From contig NC_135250.1 of the NCBI RefSeq assembly GCF_964204865.1, forward strand, positions 21,390,001 to 21,454,000: DNA of 64,000 nucleotides, written 5' to 3'. Under the pieces are notes generated by a model. That model was not told the origin of the DNA. It searched no databases and worked only from the letters and a program-made list of their open reading frames with translations. Of this stretch, positions 37,401 to 49,555 are shown piece after piece; positions within the stretch are counted from its first letter, which is position 1, and each line of letters opens with the position of its first letter. The DNA is from Styela clava (taxonomy: Eukaryota). Position numbers and translations under genes: made by a program.

Positions 37401-40400
37401 TCAAATAAAAAATTATTGACTTAAAAAATATTGAAACTCAACCAAATATTGATTTGCCTGTTAGCTTCTGGGAATATTGCCAACTTTCCCCGCCTTTTTA
37501 TTAAGTTAACAAACTAATAAATTTGTTTCAGAATATCAGATTGCCGAACAGAATTCTAGGGTTAAGAAAAGAAAAATTGACAGGAAAGTTGGATTTCAAG
37601 ATGTCACTGTGTATTATTTTCCAAGGAAACAAAGTTTTATCACAGTACCAAGTCAGGGAGGTTCGACCTTGGGTGAGTGTTATTCAAAACTATATACCGG
37701 TATTTGCAATCTCACATATTTAACAACGGCCTGCATTGACGGTTTAGGTGGAAGGGCAGATCGCTCCGTTTCAGTTTTGCTAGTGAAATTCATTGAGAAG
37801 ATGATAATATGTGTGACAGTTAAAACAAAGATAATGAAATGAATAAAAATAGAACAGCAAAACAAAAAAATAAAAAATGGACAAGTTAAACAAAATAAAT
37901 AAAAGAAAAGCAGAAAAGTAAAAAAAGAGTAAATTATAATTTTGAATTTACTGTGCATGTGCTCATTTTCGTACATTACATCTCTCTCCTCAACTTTTGC
38001 CCCTCTGACCGCTGTCCTCCCACTCTCCTTTCCACGGACGGAATTTTCTACATACGAAGAGGCTTTCGGAACGAATTAATTTTGTATGTAGAGTCTCTAC
38101 TGTATTGAGACGTATTTTTATTTTCCAGGAATGGGACTGCAACATGTTCACTGTCAAACAATGACTCTTCAGGAACACAATGAAGCGATGAAAAATATTC
38201 ACAAAGAAAAAATAAGGGAACACTTCAGAGAGCAGAAAATTGAGAACAAAATTCAACAGGTAATGTTTTAATTAATATACCAGTACTATATATTCGGGGT
38301 CAGAGATTAGAAAAATTTTATTTTATCTTCCATTCCTTAACATACCGAATCGAGAGAATCATTATCTTTCCCCTCTTATAAGACTTTATATCAGAAATTT
38401 TCAGAAAGTCCAGTCGTGACGTAAATCAGTAAAATGGGTAAATTGGGTAGGCTCAAGTCATTGACTTGTTTACAGGGCCTTAGATACAAAACTCTGTAAT
38501 TTGAAGGCCGGAACGCTATTCTCAAGCGCTATTTTTGGCAGAGACGCTAGGGTGACGTGAATAATTCGAGTGGGTGAGTTTGAGGTATATGTGGCTCGTT
38601 TTGCACATTATATTAAAGTGCGGATAATACACAGGGAATTTAGCCAGCGATTTGTTATTTTCATCAGAATTTTCAACGAAAATTCATATCCGTGAAAACA
38701 CAGTGGTAAGCAAGTGGGCCCGATGAAACACTTCGATTGGAACACGGCCGGATTTGGGCCGTGTGCCGAAATTTGCACATCCCTGCTGAACTAGAGTCAC
38801 CATTTGTCGAAGACTCGAAGTCATTTAATAAATGGGATGACTCGGATTCGTCATCAACTAATCGTCAGTAAGACTTAACTCGGATGACCCGTTGCCTCGC
38901 CAGTCAGGATTTAGGGTGCAGGGGCATTTACCCAACACTGGTGTCAGTCTCAGGCCGCACTTGGCAGAGTAATATATAGTTATGGAGTTTGAATGGAATC
39001 CTAATGAATGTGTTGAAAAAATTTATTAACTTGCAAATTTTATTTTACAGCTGAAATTTTTGAATCCTGATTTGGACAATGGGACACTTTCGTCAATGGC
39101 TCAAAATGCTGTCGGAAAAAATGAATCGAGTTCAATGGCATCTGAAGATGATTCAGTTCTGGTTAACTTTGATGAATTTTTTTTTCTCCAGCCAATTTCT
39201 GCTAAGAAAAGAAGAAAAATTCTCAGGTATGAATTATTATAATTAAACACACCCAGTTATTAATTATGCTGAAGTCGTAACTGCAAGCATCAAGCATGCC
39301 AAGCATAATGCCAAAGATAATATATAACTCACACTCTGCAAAACACAATCACAAATTTCAAGAGTTGTCTTAGATATAGAGCAGCAGAAAGCCCATCGAA
39401 TGTACACTTGATATAAATGAAAATTTCCAAAAGGTATGCAGTTTTCTTTGATTTAAAATGCATTAGTGCAAAGTTCTAAACCATTCATTTCACTTTACAT
39501 AAAGCATAAGATCTGTTTTCATTTCAAGATTGATGTAAATTAGTAAAATAACCTGTGTTGTAGTTGTTGCAATAAAAGATGTATGTGACTCATTTGACAA
39601 AACCAAAAAGTATCTGCGACAATAGAAAATCTCAAACATTTACTTAAAGTGTTGTCATCAATTAAAATCACTTTGTCTTTTACCTTGGAATGAATGTTTT
39701 GAACACAAATGGTTTAATTTGCTAAATGGTTGTTGAAAATTGCTTCCCTTCACAACTTATAAACCGATGGATTTCTAGTTTACATGTAGACTACTTGAAG
39801 ATGAAAAAAGTCGCTAGAAGCCTTTTTTTTCTTTATTATTTTCCAACGTTTTCCCTATTTTTTACCCCAAATTTTGCTGGATTTTAATAAATTAACAGGC
39901 ACATCGCACATCTTCGAATGCCCGCAGTGTTCATATATTTAATTTATGCTAGACCTTGATCCCTCCTTGAAAATCTTTACAACCTACCTCACTTTGAGCA
40001 AATATTTATAATATAAATTACTTTTCCTTTTTCCAGGGCATCTGGTGTTGAAAGAATAGATGGAGAAGAAAAACTAATGAACAGAATATTGAGGGAATCT
40101 CGTGAAATGTGTGGATGCGCTTGTGAAATGGTCTGTATGCCGGAATCATGCGAATGCGTGCTATCGGGAATTCAATGCCAAGTATGTAAATTATTCTTTT
40201 TACAGTATATTAAGATCAGTGTTGCTTTTGATATTCTTCTTATCTCCAAATTTGATCTTACAATTATTATTGAAGGATTCTTTCACTTAAAAGGAGTGTA
40301 CTAGATTTCTTACATCGTATGTGAGGTTTGGGCAACACCCAAAGGAGCGTCATTTCAAAAGAGCAGCGTGATTTGAACATTTGAGCTCATTAGAAGAGTT

Positions 40401-42382
40401 TTACTAAATTTTGAATAATTTTAAAAAGAAAATGGATTTTCACATTGAAATATTTTGATATTCCAAATTTTGTCCATAATGGGTTTTCATACACAAAGCA
40501 GACTTACGGGAAAGATTAATGGACCAATAAATTTTAAATTTCAGTACTCGAAGATGGAGGAAGTCGCTAGAAGGCTATTAGTTTAATTTTTTTCAAATTT
40601 CGTCCAAGTCCTGTGGGACCCAATATTTCACAAATATTTTAGCTGTTTTATAATAATTAAAGAGGAGCATTTTCATTTCTCATTGCTTTTCTGACGATCT
40701 TTTCAGTAAATATGGTAGCGATGCACAACCGTCCTGATATTTGAGCATTGCTCTAGTCTCTTGTTTCCTGTTCATCAGTTTCAGCAATTTTTATACACAT
40801 TTTTATACATAAATCATGCTTCAGTGTGGTTTTATTAAATAGGTATAAAAGTAGTACTTTATATAGATGTCCTAACAGCGCTGGACTGATTGTTATTTTT
40901 ATGCCACACATGAAGGAAATGAATACACTGAAAAATTGTTATATTTGGTATAATATATTCCTAAATTTAACAATTATTTTGGATGTTTAACATTTTCCGC
41001 CCCGCAATGCCAAGTGAATTACTGAATTCCAACCTTTTTATATATGTATATGCTATTTGATTTGGCTAGGTTGATCGAGAAGGCTTTCCTTGTGGTTGTG
41101 CAGCGTCACAGTGCCAAAATGAGAACGGAAGAATAGAATTCGATTCGGATAGAGTGAGAACTCATTTGTTGGAAACTATGGAAAGACTTAGCACTGTACA
41201 AGATGGTAAGCTGGAGATTTATAAGATTGAATCTCTATTACTAAATTACTCAGACCGATCGTCTAAAGCAGAAATGGTATTCCAAAATATATATTTCGAA
41301 TGTATAATACTTAGTCTGTTCTATATTTGTGGGCACAGTTGCCTAGTGGTAAAGCGTTAGACTTAACTAGGGTGCTATCGTGGGTTAAAATCTCATTTTC
41401 AAGTATCATGTTCACCACCTAACCCAGGGTGTAATAAATTGGGTAGGCAATCCTGAACCAGAAAGATTCCGGCCACTCTAAAATACAGGAGCTCCTTACA
41501 TATCAGCGGCTGCTTGTGTAGAGCCTTGTCCAGAACGTATGAAAATACAGCACAGTTCATATGTTTTTATTTTTTGAAATTTGAATGTGCTAGAGACGCT
41601 AGTGCTGAAGTCTGTTGGCATGCTGGTATTCCTGCTAGTGCTCTTTGAAAAATATAATCATTAAATGCAAATTAATAATTTTTATGTGTTATTAAAAAAC
41701 AGGATCTCAAGTGGAGGTTTCTGACTGCCAAACAGGAAATGAACTGGAGTCTGTGGCGAGCAGCGAGTCTGAGTGCGATTTTCTGTCTTCAGATGAAACT
41801 GATCAATCTGATGAAGTACTAGGCATGCATCAGCGAACACACATCAAATTTGAGGATGCTGAGACGTGTGTTTGTATAAAAAGTAGTGACAGGACCGTCT
41901 CTAATAATTCCGACTACAATAATCCTACGAGTGGCCCTGAAAAGAACAAATCGCCGTCTTTCGAGTTTTTGAATGCCCTTGGTCTAAGTAAAATTGATTT
42001 GACTCACTTTTCATATGGGCCAACGACGGAAGTATCTGCAAACATAACAAGTACTACTCTCACTGATATTTTGATTGAAAATTCTGCCGAAATACCTCAC
42101 AGCACAGTCGTTCCTTATGAACAATTTTCTCCCTTTATGCACAATGATAATATACACCATCACATCACAATAGAGTCCCTAGCGCAGTCTATACCTAACC
42201 CAACCGATCTGCCACAACAAGCTACTAGGCCCATGTTTGGCACTACACTAGCCAAATCATGCTCGCAAGACAATCCAACCAGCAGAGATTGCTCGGTCTT
42301 GCTTGATCCGATTGCTACATTCATGACCTCTAGTTATAGCATATCTTCAAATTCAGAAACAATCCCATGTACTAGCAACTAG
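34462..42382 (+). CDS. CSRNP: Cysteine/serine-rich nuclear protein (CSRNP/AXUD1 family)
   Basis: Coding exons 34462-35056, 35404-35517, 37532-37672, 38129-38259, 39051-39226, 40037-40181, 41070-41205 and 41703-42382, all GT-AG and in phase. Family signatures [104 protein letters not shown]. Confidence 0.95.
35703..37351. mobile_element. Non-autonomous hAT element in a CSRNP intron
   Basis: TIRs tagggatgggcaa / ttgcccatcccta, an 8-bp TSD catgtagc / catttagc and gaatcc subterminal repeats. Confidence 0.9.
35788..36021. mobile_element. Palindromic MITE nested in the hAT element
   Basis: 33-bp perfect TIR ggggctcccgaagtatgcgaaccaagatggcgg / ccgccatcttggttcgcatacttcgggagcccc, with internal ggttagggttagg / cctaaccct. 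Related internal sequence occurs at ~3925-4025. Confidence 0.9.
41329..41460 (+). mobile_element. Degenerate tRNA-derived SINE head
   Basis: A-box-like gttgcctagtggtaaagcg and B-box-like gggttaaaatctc at tRNA spacing. No complete cloverleaf. Confidence 0.5.
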
Positions 42383-45309
42383 TCAATTCAGGCTAATTTT
42401 GTTCATTTTAAGCTGTTTTCTAGCAGTATTTTGTGAAAAGGTGGCCATGAGTGGGTGGTAATCATTGCATTATGGCATTGGATAAAATTTATGGCAATGT
42501 CATGATACTGATAGTTATAAATCGTACATATGCTGCCTCGAATTCCTGTGCCAAGTTGCAAATCTTGAGATTGATAGATATTTGTGTGTACTGTTTGAGC
42601 TTTTTGCATCGGTTGATTTTGATCGCCATGACGTATTTTTTGATTGAGATTTCATTCCTAAGTAACAAATAGTAACACTTCACTTTTTTCTTAGTGGAAG
42701 GTATGCTGAAATTTTCCAGTTATTGAAAGATGGCTGTTGTGACTTTGTAATAGTGTTAGCAAACATAAATCAGAGTGATGTGCCATGCACACCTCTGCTT
42801 GGCAATCTGGGCCACTCTTTTTAAAACTTGAATTTTTATGTAAATGAAAAATAGTGTATGCACTATTTATATTTTTTTTATGATGTTGCCATGTATTTAT
42901 ATTGAAGATAGTGTAACTACGCTCAATGTCGGTCGTAAATTATTTACATTGTGATTATGAAATAACACAGAAGTCCTAATATAGTTTATAACAATTTCAG
43001 TAAAAATATTATTATGGGTAAAAACATGTGCGCTTTAACCAAGAATACTTCTTTTTCAGCTATGCCATTCAGAGCTTGATTTCAGCTTTTAAAAAAACAT
43101 AAATTGAAACCACATTCATTTATATTTATCTTTCCAATCCCTTGTTAAAAGATGATCTTTTTCTGAATAATAATTTCCGTTTCTGAATAATTTTTAAACA
43201 TATTAAATCCTTCTGGTATATGAAATTTAAATTTGTCATATTTTTTGAGACAAAATTTCCTCTAAGGAAACTCTAAGTGAAAATAATGGGAGTGAAGGAA
43301 ATAAAACCGGAAGCGCTCTGTTTAATGTGAATTCTTTTTTTGTCAACAAACAATTGTCATCTAGTATGTTTGTTGGAACTGCCTTTAGGTGATTTCCTGT
43401 TTTATGCAATATGAATGCTCAAAAATGAATTATATATTTTCAATTCTTTACCGGTTTCAGAAATGTTAGATACATCTTGAGCATGGGTTGCCAACAACCT
43501 ATTGTATACTTTAGGGCTCAGACCTTATAATTAATTATTTCATAATTTTAAGTAATGATTAAAAGCTCTTTATTTGATTCGATTAAGTTATCGTTTAAGA
43601 TAATTTTTTGTAATTTAATTGTCTGTGAAGATAAAATAGTTTTGAACAATATTATTGTTTATATTTATTATTATTTATACTTGACTGAATAATGGATATT
43701 TTGACTCATGGCAGTTAATTTTGTTTATGTTGAAATGAAAAGTCTTTCTCCGGCAAAATGTAAATGACAAAATTTGTGTTACAATTGTTATTTGAGAGGT
43801 TGAAAAATTTGAGCAATTGGGAGTTTTAGTCAAGAGCGTAAGGTAGCCATCACAAAATTGATGATGGGGGGGGGCATTTTTTTTTTTGTATATTGACTTA
43901 ATACGACGCTTACTCGTGCCTTTTGCTCAGAACAAAGCCAGATTGAAGTGGCCATTGATATTTAACAATATCTTAAAGAATCGCTCTACAGACGTACTTC
44001 GCTGTCCAAGTTGTCCGAGGAATATAAGCGCGCATTTTGATCTATATCTCGTTTGGTTTATTTGGTGAAGGGATTATTGATAGCAAGCCAGGAAACGTCC
44101 GGTTTTCATCGTTCAAAAATAGCGCAAAAAGGCGTATGATTTAATAATGCCGCAAAATTGCATTTAAAAAATGTTGAAAATTATTGGCTGCGCGTATGGT
44201 TCTAGATATCATATATTGATTGTATTTTTTATTTATTGACAGTTGAGTCGCTTGTGCAATAATTATGTGTGAGAGATTTGCTGAACTCATCCCCTCCGTT
44301 TGCCTTAATCACCAGTAAGTTTGCCCCTTCTCAGTCATCCAATCTATGCGAATGCAATGATTTTTCTATTAACATCAGGAAACTTGGTGATCTGAGGGTG
44401 TGTTCAGAATTTTGGGTTAAATTATTGCCTTCAGGACCAAAAGTTAATTCTAAAATTAAGGTTTTTTGACAATTTTGTCCTGCACTTGAAACTATGACCC
44501 CAGGTAGTCCAAACTTTGTCTGTGACTAGTCTGCAAATATGTCTTATACATCGCTCGGTATTGATACACTCCGTTCAATGAAGGAAAATTCAGACAGCAC
44601 ACGTTTTACCACGAATATTACCAGTGATATTCAACCTTTTTTGGTAAAGAAACATTTTTTATATTATAAATTGCTTGCGGAACACCAAAAGAAAACACGT
44701 CAGATTTCTCGAAAATAGAAGATCCGATTAACTGATCACTTTTGGCATAGAAAAAGGTAGCAAAGAGACCAATAAGCTTATGACTTGAGTTTAAAAAGTC
44801 ACCAAGTTCAATGGCTGCAAAAAACGACAATAAGAATGAAAGTTTTTCAAACTCAGATACCAAGTTCAATTTCATGGCTACAAAAAAACTAACAATAAGA
44901 ATGAATGTTTTCCAAACTCAGTTCGCAAAATGCCAATGAGATTATCCTAAAGAGGCGGCAAGATAATATATACAGCAATGACATATTAATGTGATATCTG
45001 GGCATGTTTCTATGAGAACAAGCCTTCTATTCTGAAAGGGAATAAGGAAGGATAGGCGAACACTTTGACAAATGTTCTAGTGAAACTTATTGTGAAATCA
45101 AGCACGTCGCGGAAGAATTATTCCATGCCGAGAACCGATCGTATTTTTTTATGTCGCAATCTGTTTCTGAATATCAATATTTTTTTCATTGTTTGGTCAC
45201 AATTAATTGGGATTGGGAGTTAGTTTCGCGCAACTCTACTGATAACAATTTGAGGCGTAGCACTTAGATGTCGTTCACGAAACAGCGACTGAAAATCAAT
45301 TCGCTGAGC

Positions 45310-45811
45310 CAGCGGTTCCCGAAGGGCGCGCCGCCGCGAGTTGCTAAGTGCGCCGCGACAATTAACAGAATTGTGTAACTGTAGAACATAACTAAAATAT
45401 GATTGAATATTTTGGATATTGTATTCATTATAAATGTTCAATCGTTTCTTATTTTAAATGCTGTGTATATGAATCAATTACTGAATGAATCAATAGTAAT
45501 TAATCAAATTATTTAACCTTTCTATGTCGTTTACTTTCTGTCACTTAGCCTCTACCGCCACGTAACAATAGAGGTAGACAATACTTTCTGCAATTTCGTG
45601 GGCTGCAGTTTATTTTTCTTAGCATTTCAAAGCAAATTCAAGAAGAGATCATTTCCTTTGTTCCTCAGGCCTACGTGTTTAAAAACTTTAAAGGGCATAA
45701 AGTACAAATTAACGATCACAAAATCGAGTTTTATTTAAATGCAGCTTTTTTCATGTAAGAGCGCGGTGAGTTTTTGTGGCTCCGCACGAACAAAAAGTTA
45801 GGGAACCGCTG
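45310..45811. mobile_element. hAT MITE inserted at the 3' end of the GPCR-like ORF
   Basis: TIRs cagcggttccc / gggaaccgctg. 8-bp TSD cgctgagc (45302-45309) / cgctaagc (45812-45819). Confidence 0.9.
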
Positions 45812-45813
45812 CG

Positions 45814-46920
45814 CTAAGCGATGCTGTCGTCGATTGATGACGTAGCACAGTTGGTATCTTTTACGGCAGTTGCTTCGACGAGTGTCGCCATATTGCAATC
45901 TTCATGCGTCCCGTCGCCTTCGCACTTTTTCCATGGTAGTAGAATAGTTTTCCACTCTGAAAATGATAATACTGATCCAAACACTTTAATGGTTTGATTG
46001 GTCAGTGCAACAGCTGGGAAATCATACCATTCGTAAACCATCGAATAATTGAGCAACGTTACCATCACCTTTACAACAAAAAATACCACGGATACAAAGA
46101 ACGATCGCTTTATCAGAGGTACCGCATATGATAACGCACTGCTTCCGGCCCCTCCCTCTTTTCTTTCTTTTCTATAGCGTAATAATGGATAGAAAAACAA
46201 ACCAAGAAGAATGATGTTTTCGAAGATTCTCACAAAGGCTACTGTTAGTATAATTCTTCTAGCTCCCGTATGTAGATAATTGTTGAGGCATTTCTTTGAG
46301 GATCCCATTGACAGAATTAAAGGCGCTATGAAAATAGGGTATATTACTGTCAACGTTCCCCCGACGATGCTAAGACGTCTCGTTATTCTGTTTGTTAATT
46401 TACGCAAAAGCGGAGCACAGTACACCATTCTCTGTCTGCACCACAATGATGTAAGAACTGCAGTGTTTGTTGAAATTCCAAGAATAGTAACAAGGATTTT
46501 TGGAGTTGTGCAGTGCTCAAACTTCCAATAATCAAATACCAGGGTAACGTTACTACACGCACTCGCCACTATTTGCAAGATGACTGCTAGGAGTATGCAA
46601 CGCTTCGTCCATCCACACCAATCTATTGATTTGATGTAGCAAAAACGCCGCCGACTCTGGTTGTTATCGTAGAAGTGTAACATTGCAATAAGCAAATAGA
46701 GACATAAAATGAAGTTGAAAATACGTATTATCGCCATTATTGATATTTTACCAGAAGTATAGGAAGCAAAATCAGTGTTTTTCTTAATCCAGGATCCGAA
46801 GTGCGTTGCATTGGTCACATTGGAAATGACTTCATTGAAGTTGTCTTCTTGGTCCAATAACTTTTCTCGATTCCAGGAGGCCATGTTTGGCTTGTTTGCT
46901 AGTCTACTGTAACTTGCCAT
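45814..46920 (-). CDS. Intronless divergent seven-transmembrane (GPCR-like) receptor, 368 aa
   Basis: N-terminal N-glycosylation sequons (NVT, NAT) and about seven hydrophobic segments. Cys at the top of TM3 and in ECL2, an R at the DRY-equivalent position (LWCRQRMVY), FFYPL at the end of TM5, and helix-8-like FSEWKTILLPW. Confidence 0.8.
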   Translation of the reverse strand: MASYSRLANKPNMASWNREKLLDQEDNFNEVISNVTNATHFGSWIKKNTDFASYTSGKISIMAIIRIFNFILCLYLLIAMLHFYDNNQSRRRFCYIKSIDWCGWTKRCILLAVILQIVASACSNVTLVFDYWKFEHCTTPKILVTILGISTNTAVLTSLWCRQRMVYCAPLLRKLTNRITRRLSIVGGTLTVIYPIFIAPLILSMGSSKKCLNNYLHTGARRIILTVAFVRIFENIILLGLFFYPLLRYRKERKEGGAGSSALSYAVPLIKRSFFVSVVFFVVKVMVTLLNYSMVYEWYDFPAVALTNQTIKVFGSVLSFSEWKTILLPWKKCEGDGTHEDCNMATLVEATAVKDTNCATSSIDDSIA

Positions 46921-47870
46921 TGGTGTTATAACATGTGATGCAGTGTGGTATCCCGTTGTAGATTCCCTCTAACTGGTATAAAAGACTGCATTTTTTTCTA
47001 TTTATATATCCAAATTTATACCAACTTTTCATTCATTGTCGAATCTATTCAACACGCTCTCAAATCTAATATAGGCATATCACAATAATCAGGGCGTGAC
47101 TAATTGTGTGACTCATGCTTAATGCATAATCTGACTGAAACTGACTTAATCAGTCACTCTTTCCCGATTGACTTGCATCATATTTACTTTTTATTTCCTG
47201 AATTAAATTCGCTCAGCAAGTCATGATGATATCATCCAATTCATATTTTTTTTTTACATTTATTCAACGTCATCTGTTCATCAATAAATCAACACGGTGT
47301 CGTTGACACGATGACTTTTGCAGTCTTTCGCGGCTCCGCGTCAATTGCGATATATTGTATGCATGTATACTTCAGTCTTCAATTGATTTTTGTATTATCA
47401 TTATAATTGTTTAATTGCGTACAATATTTCATGCACGACGAAATAAAACTTCTGAGTTCTGAGTTCTAATCTGGTACAATTCCAACGTGAACGGACAGAC
47501 TCTAGATTTAAGACTGATAGGCCACGTGAGATTTTGACTCAGATTTTTGCATATTACATAGTAAAAGAGTGGATGATAAATTGGGAACATTTTGTAAACT
47601 TATATTTAAAAATTAATAAATGTTATTCCTCTAAATATATTTTCTAAAATGTTTTTTTAAAACAGTTTTCCATTATATTCTCTAAAAACTAGATGGATTC
47701 CGATAGGCACCAACGCACAAAGGCGTAAATGTTAATCAAATTCGAAAGAGAAGACTGTAATGAAGTGTATGCCTCAAAATAATATACAATATTTAACATC
47801 TTCATGAACTCCAGTAATAGTTTTAGACTGAAATCGAAAATTTAATATTTTAAAATGTGTTTAAGAACTT

Positions 47871-48147
47871 TGGAGCGGATATGTCGATTTATTCATCCGT
47901 AAAGAAAAAATGTTTTTTACTACCTGCAGATGTATGCGTCGATTTAATCTTTTCTGATAATACTTCATGAAGATCTCAGTTTACTCGCGCACCGATTAAC
48001 AAATTCTGTGGAGCGGATATGTCGAAATATTTATCCGTAAAGAAAGAAAAAATTTTAATACCCGCAGATACACGCGTTGATTTAATCTTTCCTGATAAAA
48101 TTTCATGAAGATTTCAGTTTTCTCGCGCACCGATTAATAAATTCTGA
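47871..48147 (+). repeat. Diverged tandem duplication, ~138-bp unit
   Basis: tggagcggatatgtcga..atccgtaaagaaa..tcgcgcaccgattaa.aaattctg occurs at 47871-48008 and 48009-48147. Confidence 0.9.
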
Positions 48148-49289
48148 TTTGTCGCGTTTCAACACTAGATATCGCCAATGGGGGTAATTTGCAGATCTTC
48201 TGTGGTATCCGCAAACTACCGAAGCGTCGGTACTTAATTGTATACCGCTTAAAGTTGCCATTAACTGCTAATTAAGTAATAAAGTTCGTTAATTTTCATC
48301 GCTATCAGTGCATTTTATTGTGCCGTTTAGAAAAAGTTAGTAGAGAAAATTAAAGCTTTCACTACCAAATCGATCAGGATTTAATTGCAGAAAATGTGCA
48401 ATGTACATACATGTTGTATTTTTCTTTGAACAACTGTCAATGGAAACTTCAAATTCTATCTTGCAATGTTTAAAGACGAAAATTTGAACCTCTAGCTTTC
48501 ACCCAGTCCTGCTATAACTCACACTTTGCTCCTCAATGTACGATTCGATTTTGAACGTTTGGATTCAGCACTCTCACTTCAACTCTTCTCATAATTTTCT
48601 TTCATTCGGGAACGTCAAATGGGGTTCAGCTCAATCATTGCTTGATCAAAATTGAGATTTCGAAATATTCCCATTCTCACTGAACTTTTGCAAAACTTGA
48701 GACCTCGAATAAGGATTCAAAATCGGACATTTATGACATGTGTTATTTACGCGTTGTTGTCTTGTGAAAGGAGTATTTGAAAACTTTTTGTCAGATAACT
48801 TGCAATTGCCTGAATTGCACAAAAATATCGGGCAAAATATGTTTTAGGTACATACGAATTGGCACAAGTCATTTATAAACTTTCAGTAATTCAAGTATGC
48901 CAGAAACTAAGTGTACGTATTGAATATTCAAATAAAGTAAATAGAAAGTAAACTCTCTAAGTAGACGAGATATAGTATATCACAAGGTTCATGCTACTTC
49001 AACAAAATGTCAATGCTCAACGTGCATGGCACCAGATATTTATTCCTGCGAGCATGATCATTCGGGGATGGACCGTTTGAACTTTTTGCAGTCATACGAG
49101 CCACTGAGACTGTAAAAGGTTGCGTTGCCCTGGCATGGTACATACAAATTCTCGTATGCTTTGTAATATAAAGTCGTGTAAACATCAATGTCTTGGGGTT
49201 ACAGCAATAACATAGCAGTAGATTTATTTAATGAATGTCCCAATTAAACATGCTTTTGTTGATACATCTATCTACAATCTACATACATG

Positions 49290-49555
49290 CAGTGTTTCTC
49301 AAGGTGCTGCGTTTTTGAAATGGGCCCGGCCTACAGTTGGTTCCAATAAAAATGTAATGCTGAAATTGAACCAAGGCTTGGAAGTTCAACTCGACAAACT
49401 GATGAATAGAAACAAGGATTAGTTTAGTCATTGGCCCCTCTACGGTATTATTTATATGATTAAAAAAACATTTTATGATACGATGGTTCTGTGGGCCCGA
49501 GATTGCGTTTGACGCCGAAAATGGGCCACAATAAAATAAAGGCTGAGAGACAGAG
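49290..49555. mobile_element. Degenerate hAT-like MITE
   Basis: Ends cagtgtttctcaa / ctgagagacagag with gggcc subterminal motifs. The TSD is unclear. Confidence 0.5.

Noticed and set aside
41329-41400. Functional tRNA gene
   Set aside because: The B-box is degenerate and there is no acceptor-stem pairing; better explained as a SINE head.
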